Shown in pieces: positions 50,030-63,363 of a DNA stretch of 64,000 bases. The stretch is from the human T2T-CHM13v2.0 reference genome, Homo sapiens: NCBI RefSeq assembly GCF_009914755.1, contig NC_060926.1; one strand, 5' to 3'. The notes beneath the pieces are model-generated. The model was not told the origin of the DNA. It was given only the letters and a program-made list of their open reading frames with translations, and did no database searches. The stretch's first letter is position 1; the number at the start of each line of letters is the position of its first letter. The position numbers and the translations under genes are program-made.

Positions 50030-51800
50030 GCCTTGGTGACCGATCATGCACCCCTTACCATCTCATTAAAACCTAATCACCCTTACCCCACTCAATGCCA
50101 ATATCCCATCCCACAGCATGCTCTGAAAGGATTAAAACCTGTTATCACTCGTCTGCTACAGCATGGCCTTTTAAAGCCTATAAACTCTCCTTACAATTCC
50201 CCCATTTTAGCTGTCCTAAAACCAGACAAGCCTTACAAGTTAGTTCAGGATCTATGCCTTATCAACTAAATTGTTTTGCCTATCCACCCCATGGTGCCAA
50301 ACCCATATACTCTCCTATTCTCAATACCTCCCTCCACAATCCGTTATTCTGTTCTGGATCTCAAACGTGCTTTCTTTACTACTCCTTTGCACGGGTCATC
50401 CCAGCCTCTCTTCGCTTTCACTTGGACTGACCCTGACACCCATCAGGCTCAGCAGATTACCTGGGCTGTACTGCCGCAAGGCTTCACAGACAGACCCCAT
50501 TACTTCAGTCAAGCCCAAATTTCATCCTCATCTGTTACCTATCTCGGCATAATTCTCGTAAAAACACACGTGCTCTCCCTGCTGATCGTGTCCGATTAAT
50601 CTCCCAAACCTCAATCCCTTACAAAACAACAACTCCTTTCCTTCCTAGGCATGGTTAGTGCAGTCAGAATTCTTACACAAGAGCCAGTACCCCACCCTGT
50701 AGCCTTTCTGTCCAAACAACTTGACCTTACTGTTTTAGCCTAGCCATCATGTCTGCGTGCAGCGGCTGCCACTGCTTTAATACTTTTAGAGGCCCTCAAA
50801 ATCACAAACTATGCTCAACTCACTCTCTACATTTCTCATAACTTCCAAAATCTATTTTCTTCCTCACACCTGACGCATATACTTTCTGCTCCCTGGCTCC
50901 TTCAGCTGTACTCACTCTTCGTTAAGTCCCACAATTACCATTGTTCCTGGCCCGGACTTCAATACAGCCTCCCACATTATTCCAGATACCACACCTGATC
51001 CCCATGACTGCATCTCTCTGATCCACCTGATGTTCATCCCATTTCCCCACATTTCCTTCTTCCCTGTTTCTCACCCTGATCACGCTTGATTTATTGATGG
51101 CAGTTCCACCAGGCCTAATCGCCACACACCAGCAAAGGCAGGCCATGCTATAATACAAGCCACTAGCCCGCCTCTTAGAACCTCTCATTTCCTTTCCATC
51201 GTGGAAATCTATCCTCAAGGAAATAACTTCTCAGTGTTCCATCTGCTATTCTATCTGCTATTCTACTACTCCTCAAGGATTATTCAGGCCCCCTCCCTTC
51301 CCTACACTTCAAGCTCGAAGCTTTGCCCCTGCCCAGGACTGGCAAATTAGCTTTACTCAACATGCCCTGAGTCACAAAAACTAAAATGCCTCTTAGTCTA
51401 AGTAGACACTTTCACTAGATAAGTAGAGGCCTTTCCTACAGGGTCTGAGAAGGCCACCGCAGCCATTTCTTCCCTTCTGTCAGACATAATTCCTCAGTTT
51501 AGCCTTCCCACCTCTATACAGTCTGATAACAGACCAGCCTTTATTAGTCAAATCAGCCAAGCATTTTTTCAGGCTCTTAGTATTCAGTGACAGACTAATG
51601 GTCTATTAAAAACACACCTCACCAAGCTCAGCCACCAACTTAAAAATGACTGGACAATACTTTTACCACTTTCCCTTCTCAGAAGTCAGACCTGTCCTCA
51701 GAATGCTACAAGCTACAGCCCATTTAAGCTCCTGTATAGATGCTCCTTTTTATTAGGCCCCAGTCTCATTCCAGACACCGGACCAACTTAGACTGTGCCC
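50030..51800 (+). pseudogene. pol: HERV-H pol remnant (RT/RNase H/integrase, with deletions)
   Basis: QYPIP, SPYNSPILAVLKPD, LVQDL, VLDLKRAFF and TWAVLPQGF motifs. The YxDD segment is missing after PHYFSQA. FIDGSS (RNase H) lies near 51090, and integrase-like sequence spans 51300-51750. Confidence 0.9.
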
Positions 51801-52360
51801 CCAAAAAAACTTGTCATCCCTACTATTTTCTATCTAGTCATACTCCTATTCTCCGTTCTCAACTATTCATATATGCCCTGCTCTTGTTTACACTGCCAGT
51901 TCACACTGTTTCTCCAAGCCATCACAGCTGATATCTCCTCGTGCTATCCCCAAACGGCCACTCTTAACTCTTGAAGTAAATAAATAATCTTTGCTGGCAG
52001 GACTATGCTGAATCTCCTTAGGCACTCTCTAATCAGATGTCCTAGGTCCTCCCAATTCTTAGACCTTTTATACCTGTTTTTCTCCTCTTATTCCATTTAG
52101 TTTTTCAATTCATACAAAACCGTATCCAGGCCATCACCAATAATTCTAAATGACAAATGTTTCTTCTAACAACCCAACAATACCACCCCTTTCCACAAAA
52201 TCTTCCTTCAGCTTAATGTCTCCCAGTCGAGGTTCCCATGCTGCCCCTAATCCCGCTTGAAGCAGCCCTGAGAAACATCGTCCATTCTCTCTCCATACCA
52301 CCCCCCAAAAATTTTCGCCGCCCCAACACTTCAACACTATTTTATTTTTCTTATTAATAT

Positions 52361-52373
52361 AAGAAGGCAGGAA
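52361..52373 (+). other. Retroviral polypurine tract
   Basis: aagaaggcaggaa immediately before the 3' LTR. Confidence 0.85.
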
Positions 52374-52807
52374 TGTCAGGCCTCTGAGCCCAAGCCAAGC
52401 CATCGCATCCCCTGTGACTTGCACATATACACCCAGATGGCCTGAAGTAACTGAAGAATCACAAAAGAAGTGAAGAGGCCCTGCCCCGCCTTAACTGATG
52501 ACATTCCACCATTGTGATTTGTTCCTGCCCCACCTTAACTGAGTGATTAACCCTGTGAATTTCCTTCTCCTGGCTCAGAAGCTCCCCCACTGAGCACCTT
52601 GTGACCCCCGCCCCTGCCCACCAGAGAACAACCCCCTTTGACTGTAATTTTCCATTACCTTCCCAAATCCTATAAAACGGCCCCACCCCTATCTCCCTTC
52701 GCTGACTCTCTTTTCGGACTCAGCCCACCTGCACCCAGGTGAAATAAACAGCCATGTTGCTCACACAAAGCCTGTTTGGTGGTCTCTTCACACAGACGCG
52801 CATGAAA
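52374..52807 (+). promoter_or_regulatory. HERV-H 3' LTR (LTR7 family)
   Basis: 434 bp, intact TATAAAA at 52671-52677, AATAAA at 52743-52748. Confidence 0.95.
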
Positions 52808-53325
52808 GAGTATTTTTCCTTTTTTTCAAAATAAATAGTAATCTACTAATTAAACTCAGTATTTCATGACCTATTAATTCAGCAGTTATTATAATCCATC
52901 TTTAATTGGATTAGCTATAATTACAATTAAATGGTTCCCTGAATCTTAGAAGGTTAAATACAAGTCATTTTCCATTTAAGACTTAAATATGAATTGATAA
53001 TGATAAGACAAGAAAGAGATTTCATCCTAAGGTTAATTGCTAAGTATTTTCCCCTATTTTCAGATTCAGCTTCCTTATCTCTTGCCTTTTTATGATTCAT
53101 AAAATCTCAACTCTAGGACATACTGTCCAAATACATGGTATCATTTTTTTATAATTCTTAAATTAGCACTTACCTGTATTTTAGTGTAGAATAAAATAAT
53201 TCTTTTCCTATATTAGGTGATGTTTCCATTTAAATTGAGTGTATAGTAGTATTACCAAGAGGAGGAAAGAAATATTGAAGACCTTTATGACCAAAACATA
53301 GGTAGATTTATCATTCTTTGCGGAT

Positions 53326-53414
53326 TATTTCTTCTCTTTTTTTCTCATTCCTTCCCTTCTTCCTCTCTTTCTCCTCCATCTCCCCGCTCTCTCTCTCCTT
53401 TCCCTCTCTCTCCA
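53326..53414. repeat. CT-rich low-complexity tract
   Basis: About 90 bp, almost exclusively C/T. Confidence 0.8.
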
Positions 53415-53699
53415 CACACATTTATGCCTTTTTTAAACATTAAGTTTCATAAATTAATATTTGACACCTGTTTCCATTTGGAAATAAGTCATGAACAACT
53501 AACTAAAGATAAACAACTAACTTTAGATTTATCAAAAGAACGTTATACTCCAGGGGCCTTTCATCTAAAAGATAACACATGGTTGTGTTAAATCACTAAG
53601 TTCAAATAATTTGGCAGTTATAATCTACTTAGGCACTTTGAAATTAACTACATCATTTGACAAAATTTTAGGAGGGGGAAAAGGAAAGAGAAGAAATGA

Positions 53700-54340
53700 T
53701 TAAATGAATTTTTACAGCATCATATTTACTTCCATTCAACAGATACCGTTAAGGATAAAGGATATATCCATGTCCCTTTTTAACAGAGGGATAAGTCCCT
53801 AATCGCATATTGTAAGAAGTGGTGTGTAATCAGGCACATCAAGCATAACTTTCTGTGCTCCTTTGGTGCTTACCAGAGGGAGAGGAGGCAAGATGAATGA
53901 CACTTAACTAAGTTACATTAAAAAGGATTCGTGAGGGTGGGGTACCCAAGAGATGTGAAGTGAAAGATTTTAACAGGGGAAGTGAAGGTAAATGGCCTGC
54001 TGAAAGGATGGAAGAGAATGAAAAAAGGCCTGGGGCAGAAAAGTCCAGGGCACAACACACATTCCCATCCCATTGAATTGGAGAGTGTGCTACAAAGTAG
54101 GCAGTCATGAAATGAAAGTGCGGAGAGGATGGTTGAAGTAACATTACAGAGAGCCTCATATGCCAGTGTGAGGAGTTAAAAATCAGCAGAGTTTCCAGCA
54201 AGGAAATGCCATCATTAGGGCTGTATTTTAGGTCGACTTACAGAAGAATGGATCAGAGTGAGAGGAGTTTGGGAGCAAGGAGAGCAGGCATAGGTGGTTG
54301 GTATCATCTGGCAAGACCAATAGTGGAGAGGGTGCCAAGA
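53700..54340 (-). mobile_element. L2 LINE fragment
   Basis: 'ttccattcaacagata...tgtaatcaggcac...gattttaacagggg...gcaaggaaatgccatcattagggctgtattttagg'. Confidence 0.6.
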
Positions 54341-54430
54341 AGTTCTCAGGCAAAACAATCTTGAATGAGTCAGACTATAGGAAAGGCCTCAGATATCTGC
54401 ATACCTATACACTGAGCCTGAGTAAAATAT

Positions 54431-54814
54431 ATCTATCTATATATCTACTTATATATATAATATATGTAATCTATTTATATATATATGTAATATATACAAA
54501 TATATATATATATTTTGAGAGGGAGTCTCACTCTGTGACCCATGCTGGAGTGCAGTGGTGCGATCTAGGCTCACTGCAACCTACACCCCCACAGTTCAAG
54601 TTATTCTCCTGCCTCAGACTCCTGAGGCACTCCTGTAATCCCCTCCTGGGATTATAGGCATGCGCCACCACACCCAGCTAATTTTTGTATTTTTAGTAGA
54701 AATGGGGTTTCAGCATATTGGCCAGGCTGGTCTCAAACTCCTGACCCCAGGTGATCTGCCTGCCTTGGCCTCCCAAAGTGCTGGGATTACAGGCATGAGC
54801 CACTGCGCCCAGCC
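54431..54814 (-). mobile_element. AluS (Sx-like) with (TA)n-expanded tail and an internal fold-back insertion
   Basis: Alu body at 54517-54814 and TA-rich tail at 54431-54516. TSD-like cctgagtaa(a/t)atat at 54417-54430 and 54816-54829. Confidence 0.93.
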
Positions 54815-55087
54815 TCCTGAGTAATATATTTTTGAAACACTGGCAACTTAACATTAGAAGTTCAATATCTTACAGTTACTACAATGTGTTAGGATGCAAC
54901 TGTGTAATATAGAAGACTCTGTTCAAAAGAAGCATGTCCATAGAAAAGGCAAGAATACTGCATGTATGGTATATGTGCATCTGCTTAGAAAATTGTGACA
55001 TCGGTACAGATATCTGAGCCAACGTAAGTGGCTAAGGGATAATACATTGCATTGCTTCCCACTCAGAATGTAGGGATGATGCTTTAC

Positions 55088-55250
55088 AATAGTGCTTCTC
55101 AAACTTTAGTGAGAAGGAGAATTATCTCAAGGACTTGCTAACACACAGATTGTTGAGATCCACCTCCAAAGCTTCTCACCCCATAGGTCCGGTCTGAGGC
55201 CCTGAATTCACTTTTCTAATAAGTACACATATGATGCTGATGTTGCATTA
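55088..55250. mobile_element. MER5A-like hAT MITE
   Basis: 'agtgcttctcaaactttagtg...gaattatctcaaggacttgctaacacacagattgttg...tttctaataagtac...tgatgctgatgttgc'. Confidence 0.8.
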
Positions 55251-55899
55251 CACAAATCATAAAGTGGTGAAAGTAGCAATTTCGGGGAAATCTCAACCAC
55301 CTGGGCATGTAACTCGACAACTCCTTCTCCTAATAGAAAGCATTTGAAATTATTGTGCTATCTTGATGAAACAGCATTCCTCAGATTGAAGACAGAACAA
55401 GGAAGGGAGTTTCTCATTCTGAAGTTTCTATTCTTGATTTAATCTTTAGCAGCAAAGAGGAGCTTATTCCTGAATCTGAAATAATGGAAACTTATAGAGA
55501 AAGCATCCATGACATTTTAGAGGTCAAGAAAAGGCTACTAAAGTACACCTTAGGTTTTAGGTAATTCCATTGAAAAACAATTTAAGAATCAACAGCTATT
55601 ATTTTCTCCCTGGGGGGTTCAGTGGGCAGAAAATATAAAGGAGATGGAAAGTAAAAATTGAAAATCTGGTAATACAATCACAAATGATATCGATGAGAAA
55701 AATAAAGAATCTGTATCCAAGGAAACCATCATAGTTGCTTAGGGCTCTCTTTCTGATGAGCTCTGATTTAAACAAAACGTGTACAACATATGAAGGGAAG
55801 AACATATAACCAAGGTTGAATACAAAAGAGAAACAATAATCTTTAAGAAAAGGACCAAGTGGCTGAAATTGTCACTTCTTACCTTTACTAAGGGACATT

Positions 55900-57619
55900 A
55901 AAGAAGTCTTCGCATAAAATATGTGTATATGTGATATAAATACTGTTTTTGGAGTAAATGAGACTTTAAAAGTGATGAATATAATCATCGCTTGGGAACA
56001 ATGATATATTGTTAAATGTGGTAAAATGGTGGTTTGCTTTTATTTCTCTCCACTGGGAAAATTATTTTCACATTAGGAAGGACAGCACCATCAAGAGGTA
56101 ATTGAAGCACAAAATAAGAGCAAAGATTATGAGAGCATTTTGTCTGTTTAAATGAATGTAGCAGTCCAAACACTGATGAATTACATTTGAAAGGTGAAAC
56201 AAATCATTCTGGGTAATCACTGGGAAATGATGGTGAACAGAGTAAATCCCACAAGATCAGAGATGAACAAATGACCAATTTTCAAAAATGGATAAAAGTC
56301 AAAGTATAGAATCCAAAGATTTATGAGACTGTTATTCAACCCTGGACAATTTCATAAAAAGTTTTGCCAAACTAGTAGTTTGGAACTTCTAGTAAGTGGT
56401 GAGCATGCTGCATGCCAAACGAATCTCATTATTTCATGAGGTCTATCATTATATAAATCACACTTTAAAAATGCTCATGCTGCTCCCTTTAACTATGATG
56501 GAGAATGTGGGTTGAATGCTAGAATCTTTAATGAATTTGTAGCTATAGAAGAGCCCTACTTTAGGGATTCTAATTGTAAATCTGTAGGAAGGAGTCTAGA
56601 GAGGTAGCTTTCATCCTTGGCTCTGCTCCATTCAGTTCAACACTTTTTTTCTTTTTTCAGCAACGTCTTAGCTGAAAACTAAATGGCTTCCTTATCAACA
56701 AGGTAGTTGACTCAAAGCTGGAAAAAACTGACTGCTATCTTTGACACCAGACACAGAATTTTAAATGATCTTGACAGGTTAAAGGGATGAGGCAAAGCCA
56801 GCATAATGAAATTTAACTGGGATAAGGGATGAGACAATACCAAAATAATAAAATTTAACTGAGATAAATGAAAAATCTTAGATTTGTGTTGAGATGACAA
56901 TTATACACATTGAGGACAGAAGATGTTTTCTTGACAGCAATTTGTTTGACAAGAACATGGGAGTTTTAATCGAGCTTTATAAACTTTACTGAGATAACAT
57001 GTGGAGGGTCCTTATGGTGCCTGGCAGATACAGGCACTCATTAAATCATTATTTGTTGAAGCTCACTATGAGCTAACCACATAATCTGGCTGCTAAAGTT
57101 GTAGGCTGAATTATAGGAATGTGGTGTCCGCACCGAGGGAGATGATATTTCTACCACATTCTGTACTGGTCAGATCATTCACACAGTATTCTGCTCAGTT
57201 CTGGGTTCCACATTGAAAGAAATAGACTGATAAGAATGAGCAGCATTTAAAAAGAGGATGACCAGAATGGAGCCATATAAAAAAAACACAACGTGGGGGT
57301 GAAAGGTCGGTGAGGTTCACCATGATAAGAGAATGCTGAGGGTGAGCACCGTATCAACATTTCAAGGATTGGCATGTAGAAGAAAAAAAAATAGTACTCC
57401 AATTCCACAGGCAGAGGTAAGAGTGAAGTGGAAAGAATATTTCAGCTCAAAACAAGAAAATTTTCTAATAATTTCAATTTTTCAACAAGGAAAAACACCA
57501 TGTCATGAAGTCATGAGCTTGCACGTATTTTAGCCACAGGCAGGACAGGGGGAATGATGTAGAGTTGATTTCTGAATAGGGCAGGAAGCTGGTCAATGGC
57601 TCCTATAGTTTCTGCCAAG

Positions 57620-57620
<1 letters not shown>
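55900..57620 (+). mobile_element. L3/CR1 LINE remnant (RT region to 3' end), with a small MIR insertion near 56980-57055
   Basis: CR1 hallmarks: 'aaatgatcttgacaggtt...atgaaatttaactgggataa', 'ttctgtactggtcagatca...gtattctgctcagttctgggttccacatt', 'agaggatgaccagaatgg'. The 5' boundary is uncertain. Confidence 0.75.
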
Positions 57621-58500
<880 letters not shown>

Positions 58501-58524
58501 AGGTGACCAAAATCGAAACAACTA

Positions 58525-58720
58525 AGGATATTTGTATTTATTACAAACTGTCTATATTCCAGGGCACTAGGTTGAGGCTCTTTACAAATAACATCTCCTT
58601 CAATCCTCCTAGGCTTATATGGGAAAATTTAACTAAAAAATGATATAGAATCAAGTATATATTATCACATTATGATAATATATGCCACTGTATCACACTG
58701 TAATTTTCAGTGTGATAAAG
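58525..58720 (-). mobile_element. MIR SINE fragment
   Basis: 'ggcactaggttgaggctctttacaaataacatctccttcaatcctc'. Confidence 0.55.
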
Positions 58721-59210
58721 ACTTTACAGAAAAAATAAGAAAATAATCCATTAGAATATTTTTTAAAGACCCTCTTTGGGAAGTCAAAGAGGGAATGAAA
58801 GAGTTTGATGTGTGTTTTCATTATATCTAGGATCAAAATGAGATCTTATTTTAAAATGTAGTTTGTAAATTCTTGGCACTCTGTGAACGTTAGGTATCAT
58901 ATGTTTGTTACATGTAGATTTAAATCTTGGATTCTCCTAGAAGCAAAGAACTCAATCTGGCATATTGAGGTGACTTTGGTGAATAAATTAGTTCTCAGTG
59001 GGCCAAATGTAGTGCCTTTTGGTTTGAAGATCTGGCATATTTTTCAACATTGAAGATGACACCATTTTTTTTTCTTATTCTAAACCCATGAAGGAGTACA
59101 TATACATTAATCTTTATAAAAAAGTTACACAAATTTCTCGTTGTTATAGATGCTAAAATTTTATCTGAAGATTGGCAAACGATGGGAGTAGCAATTAGCC
59201 AATTCTTTTA

Positions 59211-59299
59211 CTGGACATTATGGAATTACGGAATCCCATAATGACTGGAATTATGGAATTATGGACTGGAATTATGAATTATGGAAGGCTGGAATTATG
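59211..59299. repeat. Degenerate (TGGAATTA)n simple repeat
   Basis: Repeated tggaatta/gaattatg units. Confidence 0.8.
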
Positions 59300-59599
59300 T
59301 AAAATTCTCTTGTGAACCATAAAGAAGTGTTAACTAAAAATATCCATGGCCTGGAATGCAGGTACTGATAGGAAGGTTTTATTAGGTTGGTACCTGGGAT
59401 CTATGAAACGCAGACTATACCTACAGATTGAAGAAGCTATCATTTATTAAAAGCTACCACTGATCTAACACAGTGGACTGCTTCATATTCATACACCTGT
59501 GAATAAGGAAATGTAATAAGATTCCAACCAGATTCCAACCAACAAATCCCTAATTGATCAGTTTTTAGCCTGCTTATGAAGGACAACTCTACATAAAGC

Positions 59600-59990
59600 C
59601 CTATAAAAGATCCCAAACTAGTTGCTGACAGTAGTTCTTTTGTGTTCCACTAGCTGATTAAACATATTACTTGCCCACATTTAAAAATTAGGAGGTTTTG
59701 CAGAAAAATATTTCATGGAAACATGTTCAGCTTCCCATGAAAAATCAGATCTAGCATGTATGGATTCAAATTCATGCAGGACAACTATTAGAGAAATTAA
59801 CTTGCTGCTGCTCATTTAGACAAAGCATGAGCTCTTTAGTCTACGTAAAACTCACCAGCCCCTACTACTCCTGAATTTTTTTTTAACAACTATATTGTTC
59901 ACTTATTTGCCTGATCTATTTATCTAATCTAATCTTGATCTGTTTATCTAATTTAATGTTAGCAGCAGAACTGGGCATTTGAAAGCTGCT
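59600..59990. mobile_element. MER102-like hAT element
   Basis: 'catttaaaaattaggagg...cagcttcccatgaaaaatcagatctagca...tttagacaaagcatgagctct'. Confidence 0.55.
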
Positions 59991-62334
59991 CAAATTCTAC
60001 CCTGAAAGAGTGGTCTACTGCTCAGCACTACAGCAAATTTGACACACCAATTGCTTCTGGTGTATGCGGGCTATTGCATCCTCTTTGATTAATTTTTCTC
60101 CTAATAAAAAGTGCAAAAACTAACAAAAGTCAGCCTTCTATATTTATAAATTATTTATTTATTTATGCAAACCCATATGAAAAAATTAAATTCCTCAGTG
60201 AGTAACTATAATTGTATTTGTTGTGAACTTCCATGACAAAATTTGCCTAATTTACATATATTGCAAATTTGGTATTTATTCATTTTTTTAATATCATGGA
60301 TGGCTAGACAGTCACATAATAAATATGCTTTTACCTTGCATCAGTTGAACTTCAAGAAAAATTAATTACATTCATCATTTCCTGATTTCTTTCTTTCTGT
60401 AATTTGAGTATCCCCATGACAACCACACATTATCGTTAACTTCTGAGTAGCAGAGGCACCTTCCTGTAGCATTCCCTGCATTTACCAAGTGGTTTATTTG
60501 AAGGATATAAGACCTATACTCTCTTCTCAGTGATATTTTTAATAGTTACTTTTAATTTAGAATGTAAAATCTTTTGCACATACAGCGGTTTATTTTTGCC
60601 TGACTTTTTACTTCATAATGTCATGCTCTTAGGCCAGTCTTTATTCCATTTAACCATTTATTAGCTATGTGTTCATTCACACAAGTGGTTACACTACAAA
60701 AATAACACTGCAAGTATTACTGGGTTATTTTAAAACTGTGGTGGATATCAAAACACTTACAAAATCATAAGTCTTCATTTATGTGGTAAGAAAAACATAA
60801 TTTCTATTTTTTGAAATCTGCGTTCAAGTACTTGAAAGACAACAAGGATAACTTATTCCTAAGAGCCCACAGTCCTTCCCACATCGTCGCCATCACCATC
60901 ACTCTCCCCATTTTCTGATTTCATTTCTCAAATATCACCTGGGAAGTTTTTACCTCCTTTTTCTTTATTTTAATGATTAGTATGAAAGATTAATTTTTCC
61001 TCATTGCCAAGGGCATGATATTGGAGAACAGGTAAATAGATTTATCTGATGCTTTAAAAATTTTGATTCTACTGCTTTTCATCTTCTAGTCTCATCCAGA
61101 CTCATACTCATCCCATACCCATCTCTAAGTATCACGCTCTATTTGTCCAATAATGTTAGAGCAGAGATAGGAGCCATCTTTAGCAATTTTAGCTTACCTA
61201 GCCCTTATCCAGCAATATTTTTACTGAATTGTCTAGCTTTATTCTGTCCTTTATTTTGTAGACAACCATAGAATTGGCTAAATTAATGTGTGTGCAAGTA
61301 CGTTTTAACATTCATCTGATAGTACTTTAAATCTTGTTCCTGAATGAGCAAAAGCAAATGACAAAAGGTTAAATAACTTATTTAAATGTAATAACAACAA
61401 GTGCAGGGTTGTTTGGCTTTTATTAAGTTTTTTATGTTACCTTTTTCAAACAGAAGATAATGTTCCTGTACATGCTGAGAACAGGTGGTTTAACATACAA
61501 AGTTACAGTCACTAGTGGGATCATATCTAACTTGACTTAGTAGACTTCAACTCTTCTGATAAAATGATTAAAGTGATTAAAGGCCAAATCATAACTAATT
61601 TAATGTAAGATTTGGGAGTTTTCTAACATTTTCAAAAAAATACAAATCTGGGAGATTTTTGAGTAAACATTATTTGTTGATATACTTGAAACAAATAGGT
61701 ATTTTATTCTGAGATATTTTCCCATTTTGGGGAAAACTGAACATACATTTTTAACAGAAAAACAAAATTTTCTAAGGATGTAAATATGCATATTATATAG
61801 CGCTAGTCCTAGTACACAAGGAACACTAAATTATATAACAATATCTTACATTATTAATTACTTATTAACTTTATTAAGTACAAGAAATTTGATCTTGATT
61901 CCTTTGAAAAGTAACTAATTTTGCAACATTATCATTAGAAAATACATACTTGTGTTTATAAAATTCTGATTATGTATTCTATAAATTCAGTAACGAATGT
62001 CACGAATCTTCATTGTATATAAGAACTTTTAAATATGTGTGCATTTCTTTTTACAGTAAAATGCTGAGCTGAAAAGAGACAGCAATATAGAAGTATATGG
62101 TAACACAGAGTACCCATTTTTAAGTAAAATTTTATTTCAAGTAAGCAATTCCTTGGCAGTAGCAAGGAATTAAAAGTCTATATTATACTAGGAATCAGAG
62201 ATTTTAATTAATACAATGTAACGTTTTGAAAGTATGTCCACTACATGATAAAAAAAAATGACAAAGCATTCATCTTAAATAATCTTTTGGGGATGGCTCT
62301 TCTGCATAATTGAAAAAACATGAGTAAATTTCTG

Positions 62335-62570
62335 TGTGAGAAGAACAGAGTCATGGCTAAGGTCACAGATTCTAGGCACAGATTACTCACTTTAAATACT
62401 GTACTGTCAACTTACTAGGCACGCAGTCTTGGGAAAGTTATTTAACTTCTCTGTGCCTCAGTTTTCATCGGTATATTTTAGGGTTGCCACAATGATTCAA
62501 TGTTTTATTCTACTTATAGAACTTAGAATAGTGAGCAACATCTTGCAAGCACCATATAAACTTGTTCTTA
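62335..62570 (+). mobile_element. MIR SINE
   Basis: 'cttactagg...cttgggaaagttatttaacttctctgtgcctcagttttc'. Confidence 0.85.
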
Positions 62571-63339
62571 CCATGTCAATGTGGCACTTCCAGAAGATGA
62601 AGCCCTTTTGAAGACACAAAAAGAAAAAAAACTGAAAAGCAACTTAATTGCTTCAGTGAACTGATTAACTAAGCATATCACACTCAAATGTTAGCAGGTG
62701 AGGAAATAGAGCACGTTTACTCCTGTGTTTACTATCACAAGACAGGCAGGAGAATCACCTCATGCAGGCAGGAAAAAAAACACCATAAAAATATTCACAA
62801 AAATATAAATATCACAAAAGACAAAATAACTGACATCCTGCCACCATGCTAGGTTCCATCTCTATGACAACTGCAAAAAATTTTTTAAAAGTCTTTCTAG
62901 TTAGGAGAAAATGGATTATTCTCAGAACATAGGCTACTGGCCAATAAAAACATTGTGGAAAAAGAACTGACAGAAACTCCAGGTTTGATTTTTAAAGAGT
63001 TCCTCTGACATTTGATTTATTTTAAATATTGGGCTAGATTAAAATATGCCAGGAAATGGGTGTGGAGGGGAGGAAGAGATCTGAGACTAGAAAAATTAAT
63101 GACCTAAAAATATTGTAATTAATTTTTCACATTGGCTTTAAGTGATAATTATTTTAGATTTTTAGAGTCTAATGACAGCATTTTCCCTAAAGCCCAATTT
63201 GCAAGCTCTTCTCCCCAAGTGTCTGCTTAGTCATCAGCTTAGTCATGTGAACTGCTACATTTCTGATTCATTGAGAGAATGTGAATATCCTATTTTCTGA
63301 ATTTGTAAGCTTTATAGAGGCCCATAGAAACAGCCTATA

Positions 63340-63363
63340 GTGTGTGTGTATGTGTGTGTGTGT
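63340..63363. repeat. (GT)n microsatellite, interrupted
   Basis: gtgtgtgtgtatgtgtgtgtgtgt. Confidence 0.9.

Larger units (their letters stand above)
46963..52807 (+). mobile_element. HERV-H provirus (deleted, env-less type; 5845 bp) with two LTR7-family LTRs
   Basis: Two 434-bp LTRs TGTCAGGCC...CATGAAA. Perfect 5-bp TSD GAGTA at 46958-46962 and 52808-52812. PBS, gag/pro/pol remnants and a polypurine tract are present. Confidence 0.98.

Noticed and set aside
50490-52360. Missing YxDD motif and env gene as a novelty
   Set aside because: These deletions are characteristic of the common ~5.8-kb non-autonomous HERV-H form.
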